DNA from: Raja brachyura | Lineage: Eukaryota | NCBI GenBank assembly: GCA_963514005.1 | Contig: OY740783.1 | Coordinates: forward strand, 97,774,001-97,838,000 | Length of the DNA: 64,000 bases | Direction of reading: 5' to 3' | Shown here: positions 23,930 through 37,464 of the stretch, piece by piece | Position numbering within the stretch: the stretch's first letter is position 1 | Layout: the number at the start of each line of letters is the position of its first letter | Notes under the pieces: generated by a model | Told to the model about the DNA's origin: nothing | The model's database searches: none | Seen by the model: only the letters and a program-made list of their open reading frames with translations | Translations under genes and position numbers: made by a program

Positions 23930-24449
23930 AGGGCCTGTCCCACTTAGGCGATTTTTTGGCGACTGCTGGCGACTGTCACAGTCGTAGCAGGTCGCCGAAA
24001 AAGCGGTGACTGGACCCCCCCCCACAACAATGTCTGCGACAACCTACCACCTAGTCAACGTCAAGCTACGACAAGCTACCGACAACCGGCGACCCAATGG
24101 TCGCGACTTAGAACGTCCACAATTCAGTCGCCGGTACCTGTCGCCGGTTGACGTAGCTTGTCGTAGGTAGTCGTCAATGGAATTCACTGAAGTCAGCACC
24201 CGGCGACAACAAACGTCAACTGCCGACAACCTGCATCATCCTGGCAATAACCCACGGCAGCTCCTACGACAGGGGAAGACAAGCCACGTCAAGCCCACTG
24301 TCGCCGAAAAGTTTTGAACATTTCAAAATCCAGCGGCGACTAGAAAAACGTTACAACTCTTTAGGCGTCTTGAGGAGTCAACTAACGACCCCACGACCAT
24401 GTGAAAACAGCCTAGTTCCCGAAAAAATCGCCTTATTGGGACAGGGGCT
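23930..24449. mobile_element. PIF/Harbinger-type MITE
   Basis: TIRs AGGGCCTGTCCCACTTAGGCGATTTTTT and AAAAAATCGCCTTATTGGGACAGGGGCT; TAA TSD on both sides. Confidence 0.88.
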
Positions 24450-24614
24450 TAAATGCCATTCAACTAAACAGTATGCTGGAAATGTAAGACAATCGATACA
24501 TTATTTTGTTACATGGTATCGTCGATATATTCATAGTGTCATCAAGTTGATCTATTCCATTTACAAAGTCCCAAAGCCGTTTCCGCAGCCTTTTAAACAA
24601 TAAACCCTCTAAGT

Positions 24615-24901
24615 GTTTAGTTTAGAGAAACGGGCCCTATGGCCTACCGAGTCCGCGCCGACCAGCGATCCCCGTACACTTGCACAATCCTACACACCAG
24701 GGACAATTTACAATTTTTACTGAAACCAATTAACCTACAAACAAGTATGTCTTTGAAGTGTGGGAGGAGAACCCAGAGTGAACCCATGCGGTCACGGGGA
24801 GAACGTACAAACTCCGTACGAACAGCACCAGTAGTCAGGGTCGAACCCAGATCCCTGGCGCTGTAAGGCAGCAACTCAACCGCTGCACCACTGTGCCGCC
24901 C
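24615..24901 (-). mobile_element. V-SINE (HE1-like)
   Basis: Reverse complement of the full SINE consensus. Confidence 0.88.
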
Positions 24902-26639
24902 TTGTTGGGCTGTGGTTGTGGGGCTGTTACACTGGGCCCTGCCCCTCAGTGCCAAGTGTCTGCAGGACTTAGATTGTAGTTCCTCCTCTCACATAGCCTT
25001 TGCATTGGCTGTGCCAAGCTTCTGTGCATCCTTCAGCATGTACTCCTGCAGGCTGCAATGTGCCAGATGCCACCAATCCCTTATGGAATTCTCATTACAC
25101 TTGCTCATTAGAGCAACAGGCTTCAAGCAGACCAAAGTGCATCTTTCACAGAGTCGATGATTTTCCAGCGGCACTTGATGTTTGTCTTAGTATACAGTTT
25201 GTCCCTGCAAACTGGCAAGGAATATTCAACAAGAGAGCATCAGATCACCCCTCACTGACCATCACTATCACGATGACCCCAACCATCAATATCCTGAGGA
25301 CGTTTAGTTGAGGGCACGAGGACAAATCAGACACTGGCCTTTATTTTGGCCTCACGGTCTTGTTTCCTTCTATCATCAGCCTAATGGGAATCTTGCCTCA
25401 CCTTTGCCTTCAGAGCTGCCTGCTCGCTCACGCCACACACACTCACCCTAATCCACAGACGCCTACTGACAAACACTCGCAGTCTCACACACGTGAGACT
25501 CTCCCTCCACCTCCCCCGCCCTCAGAACCACCACCACTCTCACTTCTATTTCCCAGAATTGCCCAGGATTAATCTTGTCCACATGCTGCAAGCAGGAACT
25601 CTGAACTGACTGATTCTCTGTGATCTGGAGCTGCAACAGTTGGTGATCGACTGAATACGTCCTTCAAAAAAACTATCAAAGTGTCCAGAAATGTTTTTGC
25701 TCTTAAACAAAAACGCAATTGTGACTCTATTAATGAATAGCATCAAAATTACTGGGTTTTATTGTCAAACCTGACTGTTTTCTGCTAAAATTAAACTCAG
25801 ATATGACCCTTTACGGAAGAGTGAATGGCGGTTTTAACAAAACAAAGAGAAGCAGATTTTGGTTCCACTTGCCAAGAGTGGTCTAAGTTCACTTTTGAGT
25901 TATGTGGAGATAATAAAAATCAAAACATTTCTTTTATCCCAAGTCAGGTCAGAAAGGGTCACATATTGTAATTTCCTCCCGCAATGATTTAACCCAACAT
26001 GTAGTGCATTAAGGTTTTGCTCAGCTAATATGTGGGTTGCTTGCTCTAAGTCAAATATGATCAAATATCACTGGGCCTTCCAGGAATGGTGTTAGATTGT
26101 TGAACAGAGTAAAGGGTTGGTGTTTGTAGTGTTTATGTGTGTGGCATGAGGACCAATGGGATGAGCAGACATTGTCCAATTTCACCTCCGAGGTCAGAGA
26201 GAGATTTCTCAAGGGTTTCATCTCCTTGCACTCAGCGGCTACAACTTGCTTTTATATAATGTCCTTAATATAGGAAAACATTCCAAAGGTGTTTTTGTAG
26301 CGATGTTATTAAATAAAATTTGACACTGAACCTGACCAACAGATGATCAAAAGATTGGTGACAGAGATAGATTTTACGGAGCTTATTAAAAGAGGAATGT
26401 GAGGTGGAGAGGAATGTAGAGACCTGCTCTTCCTCCATGCACCACTCATCCAGAAAGTGAGTGCAGAGGAGTATCGAAGATCTCCACTGATTCATCCAGC
26501 CAACCAACTGTACCATTAGTGTTGGCTGTACCCAGGAGTTGTTCTGATGATCAGGCACCTTGAAACTGGACTGCTGCTTGCAGTGGGTTTGTTGCACATT
26601 CTGGCTCCTCCAAGGGCTATTTTATTTAGCTCGCTAAGT

Positions 26640-28322
26640 GGTTGATTGATTGAAGGATACAGCAAGCAAACAGGTCCTCCACCAAGTCCACACTGACCAT
26701 CGATCACCCGCTCACATTTGTTCTATCTTATACCACTTTCTCATCCACTCCCCACACATTAGTGTAAATTTACAAGGGACAATTAACCCACACACATGCA
26801 CGTCTTTGAGAAGTGGAAGGAAACTAGAGTCAGTTATTAAAGATGGGATAGCAACACCTTTGGAAAGTGGTGAAATCATTGGACAAAGTCAGCATGGATT
26901 TATGAAAGGTAAATCATGTCTGAGGAATCTTATAGAATTTTTCGAGGATGTAACTAGTAGAGTGGATAAGGGAGAACCAGTGGATGTGTTATATCTGGAC
27001 TTTCAGAACGCTTTCGACAAGATCTCACATAAGAGATTAGTATGCAAACTTAAAGCACACGGTATTGGGGGTTCAGTATTGATGTGGATAGAGAACTGGC
27101 TGGCAGACAGGAAGCAAAGAGTAGGAGTAAACGGGTCCTTTTCAGAATGGCAGGCAGTGACTAGTGGGGTACCGCAAGGCTCAGTGCTGGGATCCGAGTT
27201 ATTTACAATATATATTAATGATCTGGACGAGGGAATTGAATGCAACATCTCCAAGTTTGCGGATTACACAAAGCTGGGGGGCAGTGTTAGCTGTGAGGAG
27301 GATGCTAGGAGGATGCAAGGTGACTTGGTTAGGTTGGGTGAGTGGGCAAATGCATGGCAAATGCAGTATAATGTGGATAAATGTGAGGTTATCCACTTTG
27401 GTGGCAAAAACAGGAAAGTAGACTATTATCTGAATGGTGGCCAATTCGGAAAAGGGGAGATGCAACGAGACCTGGGTGTCATGGTACACCAGTCATTGAA
27501 AGTAGGCATGCAGGTGCAGCAGGCAATGAAGAAAGAGAATGGTATGTTAGCATTCATAGCAAAAGGATTTGAGTATAGGAGCAGGGAGGTTCTACTGCAG
27601 TTGTACAAGGTCTTGGTGAGACCACACCTGGAGTATTGCGTACAGTTTTGGTCTCCTAATCTGAGGAAAGACATTCTTCCCAAAGAGGGAGTACAGAGAA
27701 GGTTCACCAGACTGATTCCTGGGATGTCAGGACTTTCATATGAAGAAAGACTGGATAGACTCGGCTTGTAATCGCTAGAATTTAGAAGATTGAGGGGGGA
27801 TCGTATAGAAACTTACAAAATTCTTAAGGGGTTGGACAGGCTAGATGCAGGAAAATTGTTCCCGATGTTGGGGAAGTCCAGAACAAGGGGTCACAGTTTA
27901 AGGATAAGGGGGAAGTCTTTTAGAACCGAGATGAGAAAAACATTTTTCACACAGAGAGTGGTGAATCTGTGGAATTCTCTGCCACAGAAGGTAGTTGAGG
28001 CCAGTTCATTGGATATATTTAAGAGGGAGTTAGATGTGGCACTTGTGGCTAAAGGGATTAGGGGATATGGAGAGAAGGCAGGTACAGGATACTGAGTTGC
28101 ATGATCAGCCATTGAATGGTGGTGCAGGCTCGAAGGGCCAAATGGCCTACTCCTGCACCTATTTTCTATGTTTCTATGTTTCTATGAAACCAGAGCGCCC
28201 AAAGGAAACCCACGCGATCGCAGGGAGAACATGGAAACTCTACCAGGATAGCACGTGAGGTCAGGTTTCAGGGTCTCTGGTGCTATGAAGCAGCAGCTCT
28301 ACCAGCTGCATCACTGTGCCGG
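26640..28322 (-). mobile_element. V-SINE split by a CR1 insertion (SINE parts about 26640-26825 and 28186-28322)
   Basis: SINE motif gtggaaggaaac resumes as gaaaccagagc..cagggagaac after the CR1 tail. Confidence 0.7.
26826..28186 (+). mobile_element. CR1 LINE, 5'-truncated, with RT domain
   Basis: [32 protein letters not shown] (mutated FADD); stop at 27769-27771; TTTCTATG tail. Confidence 0.95.
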
Positions 28323-29044
28323 GAGGCAGTGTGATATGATGAATGCAAGCATGGCAACGATGCAGGAACTGTTGAGTGTCCACCCTGAGGAGAAATGTTT
28401 AATCTCTGTAGTGTTAGAATTTGGGTCACTTTTCCGATCTCTCATTTCAACTCAGTACTTAACTTCTGACGGCGGTGGCAAGAACAAAGGGCATATGGAT
28501 ACAATGACTGTTCTTTGAATGAATAATCTGAGTGGGCAACGTTTCCATGCAATGGAAAATTCTCCCTTTTGTTGCACAGTATTCATTTAATCAGAATGAT
28601 TTCACATCTCAATGACATTTGGAACAGATGGAAAGAATACATGGATCACCTCCTGTGGCAAGGTGAGGGAGCGATGTCACTCTGTGTTCTCCGAGCGGAA
28701 AGGACATCCAAACAGCAGGAGGCTCTACAGTCCCTTGAGCTTGTTACAACTTTCAATTAGATAATGCCCCGTGCACGTCTTAAATCCATGTACTTTATCT
28801 TGATTATGTAAATCTCAACACTCTGCACATTGAAAATGCCCCTCTCCATTTTGAAATGTTCTACTGACCTCCAGCTCAACAGCTTTTTGCTTGAGGGAGT
28901 TGTAGATTTGCATTGCTCTTTGTATGAGGACGTGCTCCCCGGCACAGACGATCAACTTCTGATTATAATATGATGTCCCCTTTACTTGTGGAATTGCATT
29001 CTCTCTTTCCTCTTTAACAACTATTACATGCAAAACAATTTTGT

Positions 29045-29328
29045 GGCGGAACAGTGGTGCAGTGGTAGAGTTGGCGCCTTACAACGCCAGAGGCCCGGGT
29101 TTGATCCTGACTATGGGTGCTATTCGTACGGAGCTTGTACATTCACCCTGTGACGGCATGGGTTTTCTCCAGGTTCTCCGGTTTCCTCCCGCATCCCAAA
29201 GATGTACAAGTTTGTAGGCTAATTTGCCTTTGGTAAAAACAGTAAATTGTCCCTCCAGCAGGGATTGCTGGTCTCGATGGGCCGAAGGGCCTGTTTCCGC
29301 ACTGTATACCTAAATTAAACTAAACTAA
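29045..29328 (+). mobile_element. V-SINE (HE1-like)
   Basis: tRNA head, V-domain, tail gggccgaagggcctgtttccgc..ctaaac. Confidence 0.88.
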
Positions 29329-29867
29329 TCTCTTTAATCGTGAAACACCTCAAAATAATTACCCTTTATCTTCCCTTTTTGTGATATATAAGTCTACGCA
29401 GACTATACCCATCAAATATTATGTCATCCCAGTTGTAAATCGCATGCTATGTCCCTCCAAGTGAATAGATCTTTCCTGACCTCTGAACTGTGCGGTTTCT
29501 AAACAATGGCAGAAGCACATGTAGACCATCCATGGAGGAGCTGTTTACAGAGAGTGCAGAACCGATACCTTAGTGGCCAATATTTATTTGTAAATCAACA
29601 GCACTAATTATTTTTTGCGAGGCTTGGTTTTGGCCAAATGGCTGCTGTATTTTCTACATGGTGACTTCTTCAAAAGTACTTCAGTGGCTGTGAAGAGAGT
29701 TTGGATGTCCTGAGGTTGTAAAAGGTCACAAATCTTTTTATTGTATTCACTATAGTAAAATAAAATACCTAGCAACTAACATTTATAGCAATGAATAATA
29801 ACAAGGAGATAATCTTGTTTAGGTTGGTTGGGATGGTAGGTTAGAATGTCATTTGGGACACAAAAAT

Positions 29868-30756
29868 TGGGCAGCATAGTGGCACAGTGATCAAGTTGCT
29901 GCCTTAAGGGCCTGTCCTACAAGCATGCAACTCCATGCGATGAGCGCGACCTAACGTGGTCGCTTGAGCCGTCCGGTGTCGCGGGGCCGGTCCCACTTCG
30001 ATCGCCGGAGCCGTGCGGAATTGTGCGGAGTTCGTCCCGACATCGCGCGGGGCTCCGAAAAACTGACAATGTTCAAAAATTCCGCGCGGCAACGGCTTGT
30101 CGGCTCGCAGTCGCCTCGACGCATAACACACCGCCTCGACAACGTGCCTCCGTGAACCTATCTGTAGGTGCCTCCGTGACCCTCTATGTGTGTGGCTCCG
30201 TAGCCCTCTGTGTGTGTGCCTCTGTGCCCCTCGCTGTGTGCCCCTCTCTGCCCTGGCGAACTTACCTTAAGACTTCGCTCCAAGTTCGCCTCACTTTGCG
30301 CCGCGTTGCGCCACTCACCCAACCTCCGCGCGGCCCTCGCTGCCGGTTTGGTCGCGCTTGCCGCTTGCAGGCGCATGCTGGTGGGAACGGCCCTGTACAG
30401 GGGATCACCCGACCTCCGCGCGGCCCCCGCTTCTAGTTTGATCGTGCTCATCGCATGGAGTCGGATGCTGGTAGGACAGGCCCTTTACAGTGCCAGAGAC
30501 CTGGGTTTGATCCTGACAATGGGTGCTAGTCTGTACAGAGTTTGTACCTTCTCCCTGTGACCATGAGGGTTTTCTCTGCGTGCTCCGGTTTCCTCTCACA
30601 CTTCAGCCAAGCAGGTTTATAGGTTAATTGGCTTCTGTAAATTGTAAAGTTGTCTCTAGTGTGTAGGATAGTGCTGGTGTATGGGTGATTGCTGTGCGTG
30701 ACTGGTGGGCTAAAGGGCCTGTTTCCATGTTGTATTTTTAAAGTCTAAAGTCTTAA
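29868..30756 (+). mobile_element. V-SINE split by a Harbinger MITE
   Basis: SINE head gttgctgccTTA resumes as TTAcagtgccagagacc at 30485. Confidence 0.85.
29907..30484. mobile_element. PIF/Harbinger-type MITE, CpG-rich
   Basis: TIRs AGGGCCTGTCCTACAAGCATGCAACTCCATGCGATGAGC and GCTCATCGCATGGAGTCGGATGCTGGTAGGACAGGCCCT; TTA TSD at 29904-29906 and 30485-30487. Confidence 0.92.
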
Positions 30757-30881
30757 AATAATTGCCAGTGCTTCAAAACACTGATAAGAGGATTTTCTCC
30801 TATTTAGTGCCACTCCCAAAGATGGCATCTCTAACAATACTGTGCTGGGAATGTTAGCCTTGTCTTTTTGGCTGAGCTTAA

Positions 30882-31142
<261 letters not shown>

Positions 31143-32489
31143 TAATTAAGAGAGAACCAGACCAGATAGCTTATGGAGCTGGAAGCTGGCACTTCAAAGA
31201 GTGCAACACCTCCTCAGTACTGAGCTGGATGTGCAAGTCTGGATGAAGCCAATGAAACAGGAGGGAACCTCCATACTCCAGATGGGCCCAGTGACCTGGT
31301 CAGTGTTGTCAATTCTATTTATTTCCGTCCGTCATTAAGGAGTTATCATTGTAAACAACTACAATGATATTGAATTCGAAACAGCCCATCACACTGATAC
31401 ATCTATGCATAGTTTTCTTAAAAATAAGCGAATACATGATTTCAAAGAATATCTGTGGTTTTTATTTTATATATGAGAAATGCTGCAGCAGAGTCTCGGG
31501 ACTCTGAGATGTGTGCCTGTTTGTTGATGGATGTCCAGTGTGATGTTGTGGGGTCAGGAGGAGGCGTACAAGAGGAGCCCATTTGGCCCATTGTCTCTGT
31601 GAACTTGCGCCGCCTGTCAGTCTGTTTAACCACTGAGCTCTTTCCTGTTCAAACACATGCAGAATTTCTGTTGTTTAGAAAAAATATCAGCTCCCTTCAG
31701 AGTTAACTGGTACCACCTGCTACAACTGGTGAGATATCAGTGCAATCCGTACATTGAGTTAAAACAGCAACGTGAAGAATAGATCTCAAATGGTCAGAAA
31801 TTAATTTACCCCCCCCTCCCATTCCAACCCCAGCCATTGTCAGTATTAGTCAATCCAATCACTTAGCAAGTTGCATTGAAGCTGGATGGGGTGCAGTCAA
31901 TTGGAACTTACTGTTTCCTACTTTGGTGCCCAAACTTGAGAGGCTGTTTGATTTTTTTAAAACTAAAACGTTTTTCCGAATGTCAGAAATGAATTGCGAT
32001 CTCTCCACAGAGAAAGTTGCAGATGGAAGCTCTCTTGTAAAGACTTTTGTAAGGGCAAAACATTCTTTGTGGCTTGAGACTGTGTAAATCACTGTGAGCA
32101 CGTAAGGAAGGGGAGGGGAAAAGATGCGTCAGTGGCGTGGGGAAGCAAGCTTGTTCACACAGCAGCTGCTTTTAATTCTGTGAGAGGCAATGTTTCATTG
32201 AGTGGCTTTATTTGGCAATATCCTGTCAGTGGACCTACAGGGCTGCCTGCATTGCTACACCACAGAGTGCAATGGTTTACTTAATAACAAATAATTATTT
32301 CTTTGCACCACATTGGACAGCAAAAGGTTCCCATATCGTATGTCTTGAATCAAAATTTTGATGGGGAGGTGAATCCTAATATATATAAATATATATATCC
32401 TTAATATAAATCCATGACTCTTTACTATTTATATTTTGATAAAAAATAGGCTGCTTGAAAAGCTTACGTTCTTCTCACACCCTTTCATT

Positions 32490-32840
32490 ACATCAGGATA
32501 TCCCAAAGTGCTTCATGGCCAATGGAAGTGTTATAACCTATTAATTAATGTAGAGCAAGGTCCCACAGGTGGGGAGTGATGATGATCAATTTGTTGCATG
32601 TTAGTGGTTTGGTTGAGAAATGAGTAATGGGCAGGGATGTTGTATCCTTAAATTAAAATGGCAGCTCAGGCCTTGCGTTTAGCATTGCATCTGATAGAAG
32701 GCACCACCAACAGTGCTCCAGTCTCTCAGTTGAGCATCGCCTTGTCAGTTTGGATTAAGTGCTGGAGTCTGTGGACTGGGATGCAAACCGCAAACATGCA
32801 GACTCGGAGGGGTGTGTTACCACAGAGCCCGAGCAATGAT
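32490..32840 (-). mobile_element. Ancient DeuSINE-like relic
   Basis: atcccaaagtgcttca..gccttgcgtttagcattgcatctgatagaaggcacc..cagtgc pattern, shared with relics near 30800-30900, 53720-53880 and 63350-63650. Confidence 0.45.
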
Positions 32841-33398
32841 AGAGTGTGTGGAGTTATGCTGAACCCTGTAACTGCAGAATTATGCCAAACTTGTGTCAGG
32901 AGAGTAGATCTGTATTCAGAATTGCTCTAATGGTGTCAGTTCTCTCGAGGGTATGTCCATTTTTGCAAGTTATCTAGACTGACGTGTATGCTAAAGCATC
33001 TGGAACAGATTGGATGCCTTTGGAATGCATTGGCAGGAGGGGATGGTTCAAACTATTGTTTCTGTGCAACAATTCAACGAGGACATTCCTGATCTTTACC
33101 CTACCTTCATTGCATGCTGCAATTTGTTATTTGTATTGGTTGTTATTGTAATGGCAACATTTCAAAATGTGCAATTAAAAAGATAATTCATTATTCAGCA
33201 TTGCTGTAATTGCAAGACACCAAAGCCTGTTAACCTAAGTTGTGCTAAATAGGCCCACGATCATTGCCCCCATACCCCGTCCCCTAGTATGGGCCCTGTC
33301 CAATTCTACAGATGATTATACTGGCCCAAACCCTATGGGAGTAGGTTAGTGAGGATCCTTATGCACATGGAGCTCAAATGATGTAATCTGTTGGTATG

Positions 33399-33560
33399 TT
33401 AGTTTAGAGATACAATGTGGAAACAGGCCCTTTGGCCCACCATGTCCACACTGGCCATTGATCCCCCATTCACATTAGTTGTGTGTTATCCTACTTTATT
33501 ATCCATTCATTAAACACACAGGGCAATTTTACAGGTCAATTAAACTACAAAGTCATCCAG
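33399..33560 (-). mobile_element. V-SINE 3' fragment
   Basis: ttagtttagagatacaatgtggaaacaggccc..caattaaactacaaa. Confidence 0.75.
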
Positions 33561-34127
33561 TATGTAAGCTTAGTTACAAAAAAACCATACTGTTTTTACC
33601 CCCCCACCGAACTTTGCCATTTGTTAAAGCTGCCAAGGTTTCTCAATGGTTCTTATTTAAAAATTAAATAATTTAGAAATATAATATTGTACAAATAAAT
33701 AAAACACTTCAAAGCACAAAATAATCACAGACATTGAAGTAAATTCAAATAATTAGAAGCATTAACCAAATGCACTCTTATCTATCTTTTTTGCGGCTGT
33801 GTAGGAGCCATTGCCATGAATGTTTAACTCTGGTGTAAGGACTGAGAGCTCTTGTGCTCTACAACATGGAAATCGCTGACAGAGGTCAGCCTTCTGGGTT
33901 TGTGCAGGAGTCCCAAAGCCTGCAGGAAGTTACAGCACTAACTAAGCCACCGAGAGGGTTTTCTGTCAGGGCTATAGTGCTGATATGTGATCTGGATCTC
34001 TCATCCTCATGTATTTAAAAGGGCCGCCAAGAGACAAAACTCAATATTGTAGGGCAATCAGGCCAAAACAAGGGAGAAGGGTAGTAAACTGACTGGCTTT
34101 GTATAACCATCCCATAGTTACATCAAT

Positions 34128-34680
34128 ATAGAATTCATACAGCATGGAAACAGGCCCTTCGGCCCAACATGCCCCAGCCAACTAAGATTCCTCATCTATA
34201 CTAGCCGCAGCTGCCCAAGTTTGGCCCATATCCATGTACCTGTCCAAATGTCTTTTAAATGTAGTTATAGTATCTGCCCTAACTGCCTCCTCAATCAGCA
34301 CGTTCCATATACCCACCAGCCTCTGTATGAAAAAGCTACCCCTCAGGTTCTCATTAATTCTTTCCCCTCTCATTTTGAACTTGTGTCCTCTGGCTTTTGA
34401 TTCTCTACTCTGGGTAAAAAGCTCTATGCATTCACCCTATCTATTCCCCTTATGATTTTATCCAACTCTATAAGATCAACCCTCAGTCTTCTATGCTTAA
34501 TGGAATAAAGTCCTAGCCTGTCTAACCTTTCCCTATAGTTCAGGCCTTCGAGTCCTGGCAACATCCTCCTAAATCTTCTCTGCACACATTCCATCTTAAT
34601 GATATACTTCCCATTGCGGGGTGACCAAAACTGAACACAATGCTCCAAATGTGTCCTCACCAACGTGTTGTACGATATCT
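34128..34680 (-). mobile_element. Older CR1 3' fragment
   Basis: VRTHLEHCVQFWSP..RGSFFIQRLVGIWN. Confidence 0.85.
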
Positions 34681-35778
34681 TGTAATCATGGATATGTCAG
34701 CTGAATATAAACTCACCTTCTGTGACAGACCTGCAGCTCCAGTTCCATTTGATCATCTTTACAAGTTCAGCAGTAAATCACTGGTTTATTTCTCTGCTGA
34801 AATTAAAGAGGAATTCTCAAAACCACCCCATGGTTGGCCCAGTGAACATTCTGAAGGCCGTGTTGCATTTCCAGACAATTACCAATAGCTCCTTGCAATT
34901 TTCTCATGCCAAGAGGGGAAAAGAATGAGATTAAACATTGCACTGAGAAGGTAGTCAGATCTGTTATAAAACTCACAGTATGAAAGCATATCATTAATCC
35001 CCAAATCCTGCTCCCCCTGTTAAAATAGCACATTAGCTTTGACTGTAGATTTAGGTTATAAACTGGTAAGAGCATGTTGCCAATAACTAATGCAGTCTTC
35101 TAAGAAACCATTGGAAGCATGCCAATAATTCTGTAAAATCAGCCTCCGATTCCCCTCTCACAAACCCCACAAACCTTAAAGTTGCCTCAAGATGTTTTTC
35201 AGCATCCATCATTCTGAGGTCATTACAGAAACTTCAGCAAAAAAACTTCATTGTTTCTGTCTTCTTTACCCCACAGCTGTTATTCATATATGAGTTGTGG
35301 TTGGTATTGGCATAAGAGATAGGTTACCCCAGGGATCATTCCCATTGCTGAATCTGAAAGTGAGCTATCTGATGCACCGCCACCAATTCTAAATGATTTT
35401 TGTTTTTTAAATCCCTTCATGTCTCACCCTCGATATGTCTACAACCACTGCCAACTCCTTTGATACCTCCAAAATATCTGTCCTCCTCTAATTCCTACAT
35501 ACAGCTCCCTCTGATTTTATACTCCCCTCAATTGACAATTGTGCCTTTAGTTGACCAGACCCTAACCTTTGGAATCTGTATCCCTTAATCTTTCTCAGCT
35601 ATCTTTTAATATATCTCTTTGATCAACCTTTTAGTCAAGTGTCTCATTCTTACCATATGTGATTAGGTGTCAAATATTTCATTGCTAACATTCAAATAAA
35701 CTTCTTGGGGTGTTTTTAAAGTAGATTAAGTACACTGCAAATTGGTAGTGGAAAGATAGGCAGCATTATATTGGATAT

Positions 35779-36942
35779 TGGTGGGGGTGGGGGGAGAGGA
35801 GGGGGAAAGGGGAGGGAGGTGGGAGAGAGGAGGGAGGGGAGGAGGGGGCAAGAGAGTAGAGAGGAGAGAGGAGGGGGAGAGATGAGGGGAGAGAGAGGGG
35901 GGAGTGGCGGGAAAGGGAGGGGGGTAGAGGGGAGGGGAGAGGGGGTTGGAGGGGAGGGAGGGGAGAGGGGGAAGGGGGGGAGAGAGGGTAGAGAGAGAGG
36001 AGGGGAGAGGGAAGGGGAAGGGAGAGAGAGAGGGAGAGAGAGACGGGGAGAGAATGAGGTGAGGGGGACGAGAGTAGAGGGGAGAGAGGAGGTGGGGAGA
36101 GAGGAGGGGGAGAGAGGAGGGGGGAGAGAGGAAGGGGGAGATATAAGGAGAGAGAGGAGGTGAAGTGGGAGAGAGGTGGGGAAAGAGAGGGGGGGAGGGG
36201 AGAGAGTGGGGAGGGGGAAGGGAGGGGGGGGGAGGGAGGGGCAGGGGAGAGATAGCAAGAGAGGAGGGGAGAGAGAGAGGGAAGGAGAGAGAGAGGGGGA
36301 AGGAGGGGGAGGGGGGAGAGAGAGAGCAGAGAGAGATGGGAGAGAGCAGAGAGAGATGGGAGAGAGAGGAGAGAGAGATGGGAGAGAGAGGGGGAGAGAG
36401 GGGGGGAGAGGGAGGGGAGAGAGAGGGATGGGGAGCGAGAGGGAGGGGGAGGGAGGGGGAGAGAGAGGGAGGGAGAGAGAGGGGGAGGGAGAGAGAGGGG
36501 GTGAGTGTGAGGGGTGGGAGGAGGAGCGGGAAGTGAGGGAGAGGGGTGAGGAGAGGGAGATGGAGGGGGAGGAGAGGGGTGGGGGAGGTGGAGGAAAGAG
36601 GGGTGGGGGAGGGGGGTGGGGGAGGGAGGGTGGTGAGGGATGGGAGAGAGGGGGAAGAGTGATGGAGGGAGGGGGAGAGGGATGGGGGAGAGAGGGAGAA
36701 GAATGGGGAGGGAGAGTGGGGTGAGGGGTAGGGGCAGTCCATCTATTCCCCACTCCCTATCACCCCCACTCCTCTCCCTCTATTCCCACACTCGTAATCA
36801 CGCGCTTTGACACAGGCGGTAGATGGGGAGGGTGGTGATGAGAGAGGGGGAGAGAGGAGTGAGGGGAGAGGTGTGAGGGGGAGAGGAGTGAGGGGAGAGG
36901 TGTGAGGGGCAGAGGGGTGAGGAGAGAGGGGGAGAGAGGGGT
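35779..36942 (+). repeat. About 1.2-kb G/A-rich low-complexity tract
   Basis: Almost only purines on the + strand with many G3-G9 runs; a short C-rich patch at about 36738-36793. Confidence 0.95.
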
Positions 36943-37464
36943 GATCACGCGCTTCGACACAGGCTTCGGGGGGCGGGGCCGGTGCTGGAACAAAGGCAGA
37001 TGTAAATGAGATCCATTGCGATTGGACATCTGTGAGCATTGGGCATTGTGACATCACACGATGGAACGTTCGTCAATGTTCTATGGGAGAGAAGCTGTTT
37101 GATTTTTTTTAACATTTTGAATTTTTAATGTTTTTTACCGAAAAAGCAGTGAAAGGATGAACCAAATGTGGAGGAGGAAAAACTCTACAGGAATATGTAA
37201 AAATGTCTCCGTTACAGCAAAGGGTGGAGGAGTAAATTCACAAACAGCTTAAACAAATATTTGCGAAATAGAACCCCTTACAAACCAACAAACCAACGAA
37301 CGAGAGTTTTAATAGTCATAAGAAAGATAAGATAAGATAAGATTGCTGAGATTGCGAGCAGAGCCTTGTGCGTTTGGTTCTCCATAGCTAAGCACGGATG
37401 TACCTGCCACAGAGGGAGTGATTCATAAGATGGGTCCCAGTAATGTTGTGTTCACCATTTAAGA

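Noticed and set aside
26650-27771. 373-aa ORF as an intact RT gene
   Set aside because: N-terminus is antisense SINE sequence; the catalytic FADD reads FADY and the ORF stops early.
35716-36753. Pro/Ser/Leu-rich and Gly/Glu/Arg-rich ORFs (extensin- or formin-like)
   Set aside because: Translation artefacts of a low-complexity GA tract that lacks stop codons in several frames.
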